DNA of 64,000 nt from Aeromicrobium sp. (GCA_045806885.1 JBJMIJ010000013.1:150110-214109); one strand, 5' to 3'; counted from the stretch's first letter, positions 18,480-27,435 are shown. Translations and numbers: made by a program. Notes: generated by a model from the letters alone, not told the origin.

Positions 18480-19118
18480 TTAGGAGAGCCCGAGGTCTTC
18501 GCGAGTGAGCGGACGGCCCGGCAGCGGCTCCCGGGGGCCTGCACGCAACGCGTCGAGCATGAGCGCGAGCAGGCGCTGCGAGGACATCGGTGCCGCCTCG
18601 ATGTGCGGCGCCGTGATGCGACGCGCAAGAAAGACGAACGCCATGGCCACGTCGCCGGTCCCGATGTCGGTGCGGATCGAGCCCTCCGTTTGCGCCCGCC
18701 GGACGACCTCGTCGAAGACGGCCATCATCTGACGCTTCAACACGGCCGCGTCCGCGTCGTCCTCGAGGACGCGCCGGGCCGAGGGCGAATCGAGCGCAAA
18801 CCGCATGGCGAGCCGGAGATGCTGGGACTGGCCGAAGATGCGCACCAGCGCATCCCATCCCGTCGGCTCTTCCTGGGCGGCCGCCTGAACCTCCGTCACC
18901 GTCTTGGCGAAGTTCATCAGGGCCACGCCGCGGATGAGCGCCTGCCGGTCGGGGAATCGTCGGTACAGCGTTCCCACCGCGACGCCGGCAGCCGTCGCGA
19001 TCTCCTCGACCGGGGTGTCCGGGCCGCTGCGCGCGAAGGCCTCGGCGGCCGCTTCCAGGATGCGGTCGCGATTCCGCTGGGCGTCAGCGCGGAGCGCGGG
19101 ACTCGGCGTGGATGTCAC
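18480..19118 (-). CDS. TetR/AcrR family transcriptional regulator
   Basis: HTH VEEIATAAGVAVGTLYRRFPDRQAL. GTG 19118 has GAAGGAGAG 8 nt upstream, whereas GTG 19127 abuts the SD. Confidence 0.85.
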   Translation of the reverse strand: MTSTPSPALRADAQRNRDRILEAAAEAFARSGPDTPVEEIATAAGVAVGTLYRRFPDRQALIRGVALMNFAKTVTEVQAAAQEEPTGWDALVRIFGQSQHLRLAMRFALDSPSARRVLEDDADAAVLKRQMMAVFDEVVRRAQTEGSIRTDIGTGDVAMAFVFLARRITAPHIEAAPMSSQRLLALMLDALRAGPREPLPGRPLTREDLGLS

Positions 19119-19151
19119 GCGAATCACTCTCCTTCGGCCGCCGATCGGCCA

Positions 19152-19180
19152 TTGCGTCGGCCGTTACTGGCTAGTATAAG
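19152..19180 (+). promoter_or_regulatory. housekeeping-type promoter candidate TTGCGT-N17-TATAAG for the adaptor/MFS operon
   Basis: Read in the unusually AT-rich 19128..19233 intergenic region. Confidence 0.3.
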
Positions 19181-19233
19181 TGGAAGACGAGTCTCTCATT
19201 TATTCTTCTTCCCAGTCTTGCAGGAGTTTGACG

Positions 19234-20739
19234 ATGGTGCGCCCTCCCCTCAGGCACGTGGTGGCAGGTGTCGCGGTGGCGATCCTCGCGACCGCGGGCA
19301 TCCTCACGTCGTGCGGATCCTCGGAGGACGCCCGGCCGACGACGGCCGCCGTGCAGATGACTGCGTTCTCGCCGGGTATCGCGTCGACCGGGTCGCTGTC
19401 GGCCCACAGCGAGCAGAACCTCGGATTCGCGAAGGGTGGGCAGCTGACTTCCGTCCTGGTCAAGGTCGGCGACCACGTCGAGGCCGGGCAGGAACTGGCC
19501 AGCATCGACCCCCTGCCGGCCAAGCAGGCCCTCGCCGCGCAGCGGGCGCAGCTCCAGGCGGCCGTGGCGCAACTCGACAAGGCCAAGGACTCCCCCGCGG
19601 TGGACGACGCCGAGGACTCACTGGACCAGGCCAAGGATGTCCTCGACGCCGTGCGCAACCAGGTCGCCCAGCAGGAGCAGGCTGACCAGGTCGCCGTGGA
19701 CAACGCGCAGCAGCAGTTCGCCGCCGACCAGAACTCCGCGGCCAGCGCCGCAAGCGTCCGGAGCACCGCGTGCATGAGTGGCCCGTCGCCGAACTGCACG
19801 AGCGCCCAGGCGTCCGAGTCGGCGGCGAACCAGAAGGCGCTCAGCTCGCAGAACGCTCTCCGGTCGGCTGAGCAGAAGCTCCAGATCGACCAGGCCTCCG
19901 GGCAGGTGAGCATCGAGAATGCCCAGCAGGGCGTCGTCATGGCCCGGAACAGCGTCGACACCTCTTCCTCCGATCGCCCGCACACGATCGACCAGCAGCA
20001 GGCCTTGGTCGCGGCCGCACGAGCCGCTGTCGTACAGGCCGAACGCGACCTCGCGAACACGACGCTGCGCGCCCCGGTCGCCGGCACGGTGACCGCTCTC
20101 AACGGCGCGGTCGGCGAATACGTCGCACCGAGCACGGGGACGAGCGCACTCGCACCGGGGAGCGACGCGGCCATCCCGGGCGCCAGCGGATCCTCCAGCG
20201 GCGGCTCGGCCTCCAGCGCCAACCCGGCTGCGGCAACGTCCCCGGCCCGGCCGGGCGGCGCGCAGTTCCTGGTCCTGAGCGACGTGCACCAGCTGCAGGT
20301 CGTGGCCCTGTTCAACGAGAGCGACGCTGCTGCACTCGAGCAGGACGAGTCCGTGGACGTCACGTTCGACGCGCTGCCGGACCTCACGGTCCCGGGCACC
20401 GTGGCCTCCGTCGCCCCGAGCGGCACCTCGGTCGCCGGCGTGATCAGCTACTACGTCACCGTCAACCTGGACGACACCGATCCGCGTCTCAAGGCCGGCC
20501 AGACCGCCACCGTCAGCGTGTCGAACGGCGACTCCGACGAGGCGCTGACGGTGCCGACGCCCGCCGTCCACACCTACCAGGGCCGGACCGCCGTCACCGT
20601 GGTGGAGGGCGACAAGACCCGCAACGTCACCATCGAGACCGGAACCGTGAAGAACGGCCGCACTGAGGTGCTCTCCGGACTCCGTGCTGGCCAACGGGTC
20701 GCGCTTCCGTCCGGCAATCAGGGAGGTGGCCGCTCATGA
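19234..20739 (+). CDS. HlyD-family periplasmic adaptor (membrane fusion) lipoprotein
   Basis: ATG 19234 with AGGAG upstream. Signal peptide plus lipobox LTSCGSS. Long Ala/Gln coiled-coil region and C-terminal beta-barrel (TVVEGDKTRNVTIETGTVKNGRTEV). Confidence 0.75.
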   Translation: MVRPPLRHVVAGVAVAILATAGILTSCGSSEDARPTTAAVQMTAFSPGIASTGSLSAHSEQNLGFAKGGQLTSVLVKVGDHVEAGQELASIDPLPAKQALAAQRAQLQAAVAQLDKAKDSPAVDDAEDSLDQAKDVLDAVRNQVAQQEQADQVAVDNAQQQFAADQNSAASAASVRSTACMSGPSPNCTSAQASESAANQKALSSQNALRSAEQKLQIDQASGQVSIENAQQGVVMARNSVDTSSSDRPHTIDQQQALVAAARAAVVQAERDLANTTLRAPVAGTVTALNGAVGEYVAPSTGTSALAPGSDAAIPGASGSSSGGSASSANPAAATSPARPGGAQFLVLSDVHQLQVVALFNESDAAALEQDESVDVTFDALPDLTVPGTVASVAPSGTSVAGVISYYVTVNLDDTDPRLKAGQTATVSVSNGDSDEALTVPTPAVHTYQGRTAVTVVEGDKTRNVTIETGTVKNGRTEVLSGLRAGQRVALPSGNQGGGRS

Positions 20740-21494
20740 CCGACGGCTCGATCGAAGAGGCAACCGCGCTGAGCGGCGCCGCAACCCACGGCGACGATGA
20801 GGAGTCCCCTGCCGAGGAGGGCTCCAAGCGCCGGCCGCTCAAACCGTCGACCCGCCGGGCGCTGATCGTCGTGGGGATCGTCGCCGTCCTGATCGTCGTC
20901 GGCCTCATCTACGTCTACGTGATCGAGGGCAGCAAGTACGTCACGACCGACAACGCCCAGATCGACGGCGACCAGATCTCGGTCAACGCGCCCGCCAGCG
21001 GCACGCTGATCGACTGGTCAGCCACCCAGGGAACCGAGCTCACCAAGGACCGCGTCGTCGGGCACATCCGGATCCAGGGCGGCTTCGCCCAGCCGCAGCA
21101 GCCGATACGCGCACCGGGCAACGGCACGGTCGCGGTGGACAACGGGGTCGAGGGCGCCTTCGTCTCGGCCGGGACGCCGCTGGCCATCGCCTACGACTTC
21201 TCCAAGATCTTCGTCACGGCACGCGTGGACGAGACGGACATCGACGAGGTCCGGCCCGGCCAGATCGTCGACATCTCCGTCGACGCCTTCCCGGATGCCG
21301 ACCTCACCGGCACGGTCACCGAGGTTCAGGGTGGTGCGGCCGGCGTGTTCTCCGCGTTCCCCCAGTCGAACACGGCCGGCAACTACCAGAAGGTCACGCA
21401 GGTGATCCCGGTCAAGATCACCCTCGACAATGCCGACGGCCTCGAGCTCGTGCCGGGCATGAACGTGACGGTGAAAATCCACAAGAGCGACTAG
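20736..21494 (+). CDS. HlyD/EmrA-family secretion adaptor with N-terminal TM anchor
   Basis: ATGA overlap with the previous gene. TM helix ALIVVGIVAVLIVVGLIYVYV. Lipoyl-like and barrel motifs (DGDQISVNAPASGTL, VPGMNVTVKI). Confidence 0.75.
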   Translation: MTDGSIEEATALSGAATHGDDEESPAEEGSKRRPLKPSTRRALIVVGIVAVLIVVGLIYVYVIEGSKYVTTDNAQIDGDQISVNAPASGTLIDWSATQGTELTKDRVVGHIRIQGGFAQPQQPIRAPGNGTVAVDNGVEGAFVSAGTPLAIAYDFSKIFVTARVDETDIDEVRPGQIVDISVDAFPDADLTGTVTEVQGGAAGVFSAFPQSNTAGNYQKVTQVIPVKITLDNADGLELVPGMNVTVKIHKSD

Positions 21495-21507
21495 ATGAGC
21501 CCCTCGT

Positions 21508-23034
21508 ATGAGCACTGACCATCAGGAGCGCTGGGGCATCCCGCTCGCCGTCCTCGTCTCCGGCATGTTCATGTCGGTGCTCGACACGAGCATCGTCAAC
21601 GTCGCCGTGCCGACCATCGAGACGACGTTCGGCGCCACGACGGACGAAGTCGCCTGGATCGTCACGGCCTACGCGCTGGCGCTCGGTGTCGTCGTGCCGC
21701 TGTCGGCCTGGCTGGCCGCGCGCTTCGGGCCGGCTCGCGTCTACGCGGCCGCGCTGTTCATGTTCGGGGCGGCGTCCGCGCTGTGCGGACTTGCGTGGAA
21801 CCTGGAGAGCCTCATTGCATTCCGGGTGCTGCAGGCCGTCCCGGGCGGCATCCTGCCGCCGCTGTCCATGGCGATGCTCTACCGGATCGTCCCGCCGCAG
21901 AAGATCGGGCGCGCGATGGGCATGTACGGCCTGGGCATCATCGTCGCTCCGGCGATCGGCCCGACGCTGGGCGGCTACCTGGTCGAATACGTCGACTGGC
22001 GGTTGATCTTCTTCATCAACGTGCCCGTCGGGCTTGCCGCGACCTTCGCCGCGATCACCATCCTGCCGAAGTTCCCGCCGAGCGGCCGCCCCAAGTTCGA
22101 CGTCATCGGCTTCATTGCCATCGCCAGCGGCTTCTTCTCCCTCCTGCTCGCGCTGTCGGAGGGCGAGTCGTGGGGATGGACGTCGTTGCCGACCGTGGCG
22201 CTGCTCTGCTACGCCGTGCTCGCGTTGGCGATCTTCGCCATCTGGGAGCTCGAGACCGACGAGCCACTGCTCGACATTCGTGTCTTCAAGTACTGGGAGT
22301 ACACGAACTCGCTGCTGATCATCTCGGTGCTGTCGATCGGCATGTTCACGGTGCTGTTCTATGTACCGGTCTTCCTGCAGGTGGCCCAGGGACTCGGGGC
22401 GTTCAGGGCAGGATTCGTGCTGCTGCCCCAAGCGCTCATCATGGCCGTCATGATGCCGATCGCCGGCCGCATCTACGACCGCCTCGGGCCACGCCTGCCA
22501 GCGCTCGTCGGGCTGGCGATCTGCACCCTCGGGTCCTTCCTGCTGCACGGCCTTTCGGTCGACACGTCGCGGGGCACCGTCGCCCTCTTGCTGATGCTCC
22601 GAGCCGCCGGGATGGGCATGGCGATGATGCCGATCATGACGGGCGGACTTGCAGCCGTGCCGCCCGAAATCGTCCCGTCGGGCAGCGCGTTCAACAACGT
22701 CGTCCAGCGCGTTTCGGCCTCGCTCGGGCTTGCCATCCTCGGCGCCGTGCTGAGCACGAGCAATGCCCAGTTCCTCGCCGACCGCGGCGGACTGCTGACC
22801 GACACCAGCGCCGTGCCGTCACTCGGGCCCGGCCCGCAAGGACACATGTTCGGGCTGTACTTCACGTACCGGCACACCGCCAATCAGGTGTTCGTCGACT
22901 CCGTCGACAACCTGATGATCCTGACCACCATCGTCACGGCCATCGGGTTCCTGCTCGCGCTGTTCCTGCGCTCGGGCGCCAAGGACCACTCGGCGACCGA
23001 TGCCGAACCCGGCCACGCCATGGCCGTGGAGTGA
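21508..23034 (+). CDS. DHA2 (EmrB/QacA) family MFS efflux transporter, 14 TM
   Basis: MFMSVLDTSIVNVAVPTI N-terminal signature; 508 aa. Confidence 0.85.
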   Translation: MSTDHQERWGIPLAVLVSGMFMSVLDTSIVNVAVPTIETTFGATTDEVAWIVTAYALALGVVVPLSAWLAARFGPARVYAAALFMFGAASALCGLAWNLESLIAFRVLQAVPGGILPPLSMAMLYRIVPPQKIGRAMGMYGLGIIVAPAIGPTLGGYLVEYVDWRLIFFINVPVGLAATFAAITILPKFPPSGRPKFDVIGFIAIASGFFSLLLALSEGESWGWTSLPTVALLCYAVLALAIFAIWELETDEPLLDIRVFKYWEYTNSLLIISVLSIGMFTVLFYVPVFLQVAQGLGAFRAGFVLLPQALIMAVMMPIAGRIYDRLGPRLPALVGLAICTLGSFLLHGLSVDTSRGTVALLLMLRAAGMGMAMMPIMTGGLAAVPPEIVPSGSAFNNVVQRVSASLGLAILGAVLSTSNAQFLADRGGLLTDTSAVPSLGPGPQGHMFGLYFTYRHTANQVFVDSVDNLMILTTIVTAIGFLLALFLRSGAKDHSATDAEPGHAMAVE

Positions 23035-23046
23035 CCGCAGCGAACC

Positions 23047-24150
23047 TCAGCTGACCAGCGTCGGGTAGTCGGTGTAGCCGGCTTCGCCGCCGCCGTAGAA
23101 CGTCGACAGGTCCGGCGCGTTCAGCTCCGCGCCCGTGCGCAGGCGCTCCGGCAGGTCGGGGTTGGCGATGAAGGCGCGACCGAAGGCGACGGCGTCCACC
23201 AGGTCGGCATCGAGCAGTCGTTCAGCCTTCTCCGGCGTGTAGTTGCCGGCGCCGACGATCACTCCGTCGTACGCCCCGCGGAGACGCTGTCGGAAGCCGT
23301 CGTCGACGGCCGGGCCGCCCGCCCAGTCCGGCTCGGACAGGTGGACGAAGGCGAGGCCCCTCTTGGCGAACTCGGCCGCCAGGTACAGGGCCATCGGCTC
23401 GCCGTCGACCTCGTCCAAGCCGTTGAAGGAGCCGAAGGGAGAGATGCGGATGCCGACGCGGGACGCGTCCCACGCGCCGATCACGGCATCGACCACCTCC
23501 AGGACGAGGCGCGCCCTGTTCTCCAGCGAGCCGCCGTATTCGTCGTCACGGTGGTTGCTGGTCGCGCTCGTGAACTGGTGCAGCAGGTAGCCGTGTGCGC
23601 CGTGGATCTCGACGGCGTCGAAGCCGGCGGCGCGCGCGTTCTCGGTCGCCCGGCGATAGTCCTCGACGGTCTCGGCGATCTCGGCGACGCTGAGCGCGCG
23701 CGGCGTCGGACAGTTGACCCGGGTCGGCTCACCGTCCTCACCGCGGACGGTGGTGCGATTCCGGTACGGCAGGGCCGAGGCCGAGACCGGCAGCTCGCCA
23801 TCGTGGAACGACTCGTGCGACACCCGCCCCACGTGCCAGAGCTGGGCCGCGATGTGGCCGCCCTCGGCGTGCACCGCGTCGGTGACCTTTCGCCAGCCGG
23901 CCACCTGCGCGTCACTGTGGATGCCGGGCGTGTCCATGTATCCCTTGCCCATCGGCGAGATCTGGGTGCCCTCGCTGACGATGAGACCGGCACCGGCACG
24001 CTGCCGGTAGTACTCGACCATCAGGTCGTTGGGGACGTCGTCAGGCTGCGTGGCGCGCATCCGGGTGAGGGGCGCCATCACGACCCGATTGCCGAGTTCG
24101 AGGTCGCCGAGCGCCAGCGGCGCGAAGAGGTTCGTCACAGGGACGACCAA
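23047..24150 (-). CDS. Old Yellow Enzyme family NADH:flavin oxidoreductase (NemA-like)
   Basis: NRVVMAPLTRMRA, GAGLIVSEGTQISP and HGAHGYLLHQF motifs. Confidence 0.85.
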   Translation of the reverse strand: MVVPVTNLFAPLALGDLELGNRVVMAPLTRMRATQPDDVPNDLMVEYYRQRAGAGLIVSEGTQISPMGKGYMDTPGIHSDAQVAGWRKVTDAVHAEGGHIAAQLWHVGRVSHESFHDGELPVSASALPYRNRTTVRGEDGEPTRVNCPTPRALSVAEIAETVEDYRRATENARAAGFDAVEIHGAHGYLLHQFTSATSNHRDDEYGGSLENRARLVLEVVDAVIGAWDASRVGIRISPFGSFNGLDEVDGEPMALYLAAEFAKRGLAFVHLSEPDWAGGPAVDDGFRQRLRGAYDGVIVGAGNYTPEKAERLLDADLVDAVAFGRAFIANPDLPERLRTGAELNAPDLSTFYGGGEAGYTDYPTLVS

Positions 24151-24189
24151 CCGCGCCGCCGGCTCGGCTATTCCCGATGAGGCCGGCGA

Positions 24190-24990
24190 CTAGGCGGCCA
24201 ACGCCTCGCGGAACCCGCGGAGGATGCGGGACTCCACCCGCGAGACCTGCATCTGGCTGATGCCGATGCGCTTGCCGACCTCGCTCTGCGTCATGCCGTT
24301 GAAGAACCGCAGGACGATGAGCTTGCGATCCCTCGGAGGCAGCTGGTCAAGCAGCGGCTCGATCAGGACCCGAGCCTCGGCTTGGTCGAAACCGGCGTCC
24401 TCGCCGCCCGTCCCATCTCCGACGGTGGCGGCGCGGCCGTCGTCACCCTTGGGCCGGTCGAGGCTCTCTGGCCGGTAGCAGTGATCGGCACCGCGGGCGT
24501 CGCTCACGGTATCCGGGTCGAGGCCCGTCTCGGCAGCCAGCTCGTCCACGGTGGGGTCACGCCCCAGCGCATTGCTCAGGTCGCTCTGGATCTCGTTGAT
24601 CGCCAAGCGGGCTTCCTGGATCCGGCGCGGCGGGCGCACCATCCAACCCATGTCGCGGAAGTAGCGCTTGAGCTCGCCCCGAATGCTCGGCACGGCGTAC
24701 GCGAGGAACGAATGCTCCCCCGCACCGTGGAACCGACGCATCGCCTGAACCAACGCCGTCCGCGCGACCTGGCGGAGGTCATCCATCGGAACGCCTCGTC
24801 CGCCGTAGTGCGCGGCCAGCCGGTCAGCGACCGGCAATGTGCGTTCGATGATCTGGTTGCACAACTGCTGCCGACGCTGGATCTCGTCGGCCGTGCGGCC
24901 AGAACAATCACCCAGCTGTTCGAGCAGGGTTGACGTGGAAACGTCCGACTCCGGGATGGTGTCGGACGGTGTTGCAAGGGTGCCGTTCAT
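24190..24990 (-). CDS. SigB/SigF-like group 3 sigma-70 factor
   Basis: Region 2 (SIRGELKRYFRD), region 3, and region 4.2 HTH (MTQSEVGKRIGISQMQVSRVESR). SD GAGGAG 6 nt upstream. Confidence 0.8.
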   Translation of the reverse strand: MNGTLATPSDTIPESDVSTSTLLEQLGDCSGRTADEIQRRQQLCNQIIERTLPVADRLAAHYGGRGVPMDDLRQVARTALVQAMRRFHGAGEHSFLAYAVPSIRGELKRYFRDMGWMVRPPRRIQEARLAINEIQSDLSNALGRDPTVDELAAETGLDPDTVSDARGADHCYRPESLDRPKGDDGRAATVGDGTGGEDAGFDQAEARVLIEPLLDQLPPRDRKLIVLRFFNGMTQSEVGKRIGISQMQVSRVESRILRGFREALAA

Positions 24991-25061
24991 GTCGGCTCCT
25001 CACAAGGAGGTACAGACCCCGCGCGGCCGACTGTGTGACCGCAGGTCTGACTCCAGACCTA

Positions 25062-25086
25062 CTACCCGAGGGGTTCAATTTCAAAC
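25062..25086 (-). promoter_or_regulatory. SigB/F-type promoter candidate GTTT-N15-GGGTAG upstream of the sigma gene
   Basis: Minus-strand -35 at 25086..25083 and -10 at 25067..25062, 71 nt upstream of the ATG. Confidence 0.55.
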
Positions 25087-25089
25087 TTT

Positions 25090-25416
25090 TCAGCGGCCCA
25101 CCGCCCGCTCCAGTTGAGCCTTGTTCATCCTGGAGCGTCCCTTGATTCCCTTCCGCTTCGCCTCGGCGTAAAGCTGATCGCGGGTCCGGCCGCCCTCGCC
25201 CTTGTGGGACCTCAGGCCGCCGCGCCGACCAGAGGAAATGTCCTCGGTCGAGGTCCGCGACGCCTCCTTCGCCTCGCCGTGGCGAGCCCGCTCCTTGTTG
25301 ACCGTCCGAGCCGCGATCTCCTCCGCCTCGTCTGCGCCGTGCCCGCGCTCGCGAAGCGACTCCTTGATGTGGTCGTACTGCCGTTCACGCTTGTCATTCC
25401 AGGCACCCTGCGGCAT
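25090..25416 (-). CDS. Rho_N (SAP-like) domain-containing small stress protein
   Basis: C-terminal RDQLYAEAKRKGIKGRSRMNKAQLERAV matches the Rho N-terminal-domain motif. ATG 25416 has GAGGGG 8 nt upstream. Confidence 0.65.
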   Translation of the reverse strand: MPQGAWNDKRERQYDHIKESLRERGHGADEAEEIAARTVNKERARHGEAKEASRTSTEDISSGRRGGLRSHKGEGGRTRDQLYAEAKRKGIKGRSRMNKAQLERAVGR

Positions 25417-25461
25417 GGCGATCACCCCTCATCTCGACGGATCGAACCTCCCGCGGCTCCC

Positions 25462-25486
25462 CTACCCACCCGCGGCGGAGGCATGC
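25462..25486 (-). promoter_or_regulatory. promoter candidate GCAT-N15-GGGTAG for 25090..25416
   Basis: Minus-strand -35 at 25486..25483 and -10 at 25467..25462, counted base by base. Confidence 0.5.
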
Positions 25487-25505
25487 CCGGTCGGCGAACG
25501 GGTAC
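25481..25505 (+). promoter_or_regulatory. promoter candidate GCAT-N15-GGGTAC for 25534..25731
   Basis: -35 at 25481..25484 and -10 at 25500..25505. Shares the GCATGC palindrome with the divergent promoter. Confidence 0.5.
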
Positions 25506-25533
25506 GCCTGATCGCGAAGGAAAGGACACCACA

Positions 25534-25731
25534 ATGGGAATTGGAACAGGCATCGTCCTGCTGCTTCTCGGACTGATCCTGCTGCTGGGCGTCGTCAACG
25601 TCGACCTGCCGTGGATCGACGACTACCAGCTCGGCCTCCTGCTGACGATCCTCGGGGCCGTTGCCCTCGTGCTCGTCATGGTGCTGGGGGCCCGCCGCCG
25701 GTCGACGGTGATCGAGCGCGACGTGACGTGA
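25534..25731 (+). CDS. small two-TM membrane protein (DUF6458-like)
   Basis: ATG 25534 with GAAGGAAAGGA upstream. MGIGTGIVLLLLGLILLLGVVNVDLPW... Confidence 0.6.
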   Translation: MGIGTGIVLLLLGLILLLGVVNVDLPWIDDYQLGLLLTILGAVALVLVMVLGARRRSTVIERDVT

Positions 25732-25755
25732 CGACCCGGCCGACCGCGGTCGGCC

Positions 25756-25781
25756 GCATGGCTCGGCGCCTGCATGGGTAG
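25756..25781 (+). promoter_or_regulatory. promoter candidate GCAT-N16-GGGTAG for the csbD-like gene
   Basis: -35 at 25756..25759 and -10 at 25776..25781. A second GGGTAA lies at 25796..25801. Confidence 0.45.
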
Positions 25782-25831
25782 TGCGAGCCACGTAAGGGTA
25801 AACATCCACACATCGATCCCAGGAGGATTCC

Positions 25832-26038
25832 ATGGGCGACTTTGAGAACAAGACTGACGAATGGCAGGGCGAGGTCAAGGAGACCGTCGGCGACGCAACC
25901 GACAACGAGGATCTCCAGGCCGAAGGCGCCGCCGAGAAGGTCAAGGCCAGGACCAAGCAGACGTTCGAGGACGCCAAGGACAACCTTGAGGACGCGACGG
26001 ACGCCGCGAAGGACAAGATCCGGAGCACGCTGGACTAA
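25832..26038 (+). CDS. CsbD family general stress protein
   Basis: 68 aa, KxxGxxKExxGxxTxN-type repeats (WQGEVKETVGDATDNEDLQAEG). SD AGGAGGA. Confidence 0.8.
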   Translation: MGDFENKTDEWQGEVKETVGDATDNEDLQAEGAAEKVKARTKQTFEDAKDNLEDATDAAKDKIRSTLD

Positions 26039-26208
26039 TGACCTCTGTTCTTGTGGGCGGGATCGCCCTGCTCGTGGTCGTCGCGGCTGCGTTCATGATC
26101 CTCTGGGTCGTGGACGCACGCCGCGCCGACCGCGTCGCGGCGGACCCCGAACGCGTACAGGGACACCCGCCCCGCCGGCGCTGGTGGGCGCACTCGCGGC
26201 AACGCTGA
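26038..26208 (+). CDS. hypothetical small single-TM protein (56 aa)
   Basis: Own translation: MTSVLVGGIALLVVVAAAFMILWVVDARRADRV... TAATG overlap with the csbD stop. Below the ORF-track size cutoff. Confidence 0.35.
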   Translation: MTSVLVGGIALLVVVAAAFMILWVVDARRADRVAADPERVQGHPPRRRWWAHSRQR

Positions 26209-26217
26209 GCGCCCGCC

Positions 26218-26736
26218 ATGCCCAGCAGCTATGACAAGCGGCTCAGCCGCAACTGGCACGAGCTCCTTCAAGAACTCCGCGTCACCCAGACCGGAACGCA
26301 GATCCTGACCGGTTTCCTCTTGACGCTGCCTTTTACGTCGCGCTTCGTCGAACTGGACGAGCGGCAAAAGCTCACCTTTCTGGTAACGATCGTGGGATCG
26401 GTCATCACGACGGGCCTCATCGTGGCGCCGGTTGCGTTTCACCGCGTCCTGTTCCACAAGCGGCAGCGGCCGTGGCTCGTCGCTGCGGCGGACATCACGG
26501 CCAAGATCGGCCTGTTCATGTTGGCACTGACCACGTCGGCGGTGATCCTGCTGGTCTTCGACGTGGTCCTCTCCTGGCGAGCCGCGCTCATGGCCGCGCC
26601 AACCACCTTCGTCGGGTTGATCGCGCTGTGGGGAGTCACGCCCTGGCTCGCCCGCCGCAACGGGCGGCTGGACGCCTACTCAACAGAGCCCGGCGCGGGG
26701 CCCTCAATCCGGAAGGCTTCGCCGCGACACCAGTAG
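26218..26736 (+). CDS. DUF6328-like integral membrane protein
   Basis: NWHELLQELRVTQTGTQILTGFLLTLPF N-terminus followed by TM helices. Confidence 0.6.
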   Translation: MPSSYDKRLSRNWHELLQELRVTQTGTQILTGFLLTLPFTSRFVELDERQKLTFLVTIVGSVITTGLIVAPVAFHRVLFHKRQRPWLVAAADITAKIGLFMLALTTSAVILLVFDVVLSWRAALMAAPTTFVGLIALWGVTPWLARRNGRLDAYSTEPGAGPSIRKASPRHQ

Positions 26737-27378
26737 CTGCGCGACATCGCGCAGCTTGAGGTTCTTGCCCTGCGAGTAGCGCAGCAGGACGGCGAAGGCC
26801 TGGTCGGCGTTCAGGTCGAAGCGCTCCATCAGGATGCCCTGCGCCTGACCCACGAGCTTGCGGGCGTCGATGGCCATCCAGAGGTTCTCGGCCCGGCGCG
26901 CTGAGACGAGTGCAGCCGCCGCGTGGCGCGCCAGGATCGAGGCGACCGCCTCGTCGTCTGCGTCGAAGGCGTCGGGCTCGGTGTGGAAGAGGTTCAGGGT
27001 GCCCAAGTCACCTTGCGTCGTCGACAGCTTCGCGACGAGAACGCTGCGGACGCCGTGGTCGGCCACCCGACGCGCCCATTCATCCCACCGTCGATCCAGC
27101 TTGGTGTCCGAGACACGCAGCGTCATTCGTTCGCTGAGGTCGAGGCCCGGACCTTCACCACACTCGATCTGGATGAGGTCGAGCTGCTCGACGAGTGGGT
27201 CGGTGGCGGCTGCTGTCTCTACCTTGTTTCCGTCATGGACGAGCATGACGCCGGCGTACTGGCAGTCGACTGCCTTGAGCGCGTAGTGAACGACGTAGTC
27301 GACCGTCTCGACGACGGTCGGCTCGTCGTGCAACCGAACGGCGAGGTCGGCGAAGTCCGACGCGGTCACCTCGAGCAC
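26704..27378 (-). CDS. GAF + ANTAR domain RNA-binding antitermination regulator
   Basis: GTG 27378 with GAGGAGG 5 nt upstream. C-terminal ANTAR motif IDARKLVGQAQGILMERFDLNADQAFAVLLRYSQGKNLKLRDVA. Confidence 0.75.
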   Translation of the reverse strand: MLEVTASDFADLAVRLHDEPTVVETVDYVVHYALKAVDCQYAGVMLVHDGNKVETAAATDPLVEQLDLIQIECGEGPGLDLSERMTLRVSDTKLDRRWDEWARRVADHGVRSVLVAKLSTTQGDLGTLNLFHTEPDAFDADDEAVASILARHAAAALVSARRAENLWMAIDARKLVGQAQGILMERFDLNADQAFAVLLRYSQGKNLKLRDVAQLLVSRRSLPD

Positions 27379-27410
27379 GGCGCCTCCTCTCGGCCGGCGG
27401 ATGCATCCGC

Positions 27411-27435
27411 GCATGACGCCTGACCAATGGGGTAT
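27411..27435 (+). promoter_or_regulatory. promoter candidate GCAT-N15-GGGTAT for 27478..27819
   Basis: -35 at 27411..27414 and -10 at 27430..27435. Confidence 0.45.

Noticed and set aside
20150-20260. Ser/Gly/Ala-rich low-complexity stretch in the HlyD lipoprotein as a possible DNA tandem repeat
   Set aside because: No exact nucleotide periodicity is visible. It reads as an ordinary flexible linker.
25796-25801. Second GGGTAA upstream of the csbD-like gene as the functional -10
   Set aside because: Its partner would be GGGT at N16, which is itself the first -10. GCAT-N16-GGGTAG (25756..25781) fits the island-wide pattern better. A tandem promoter is not excluded.
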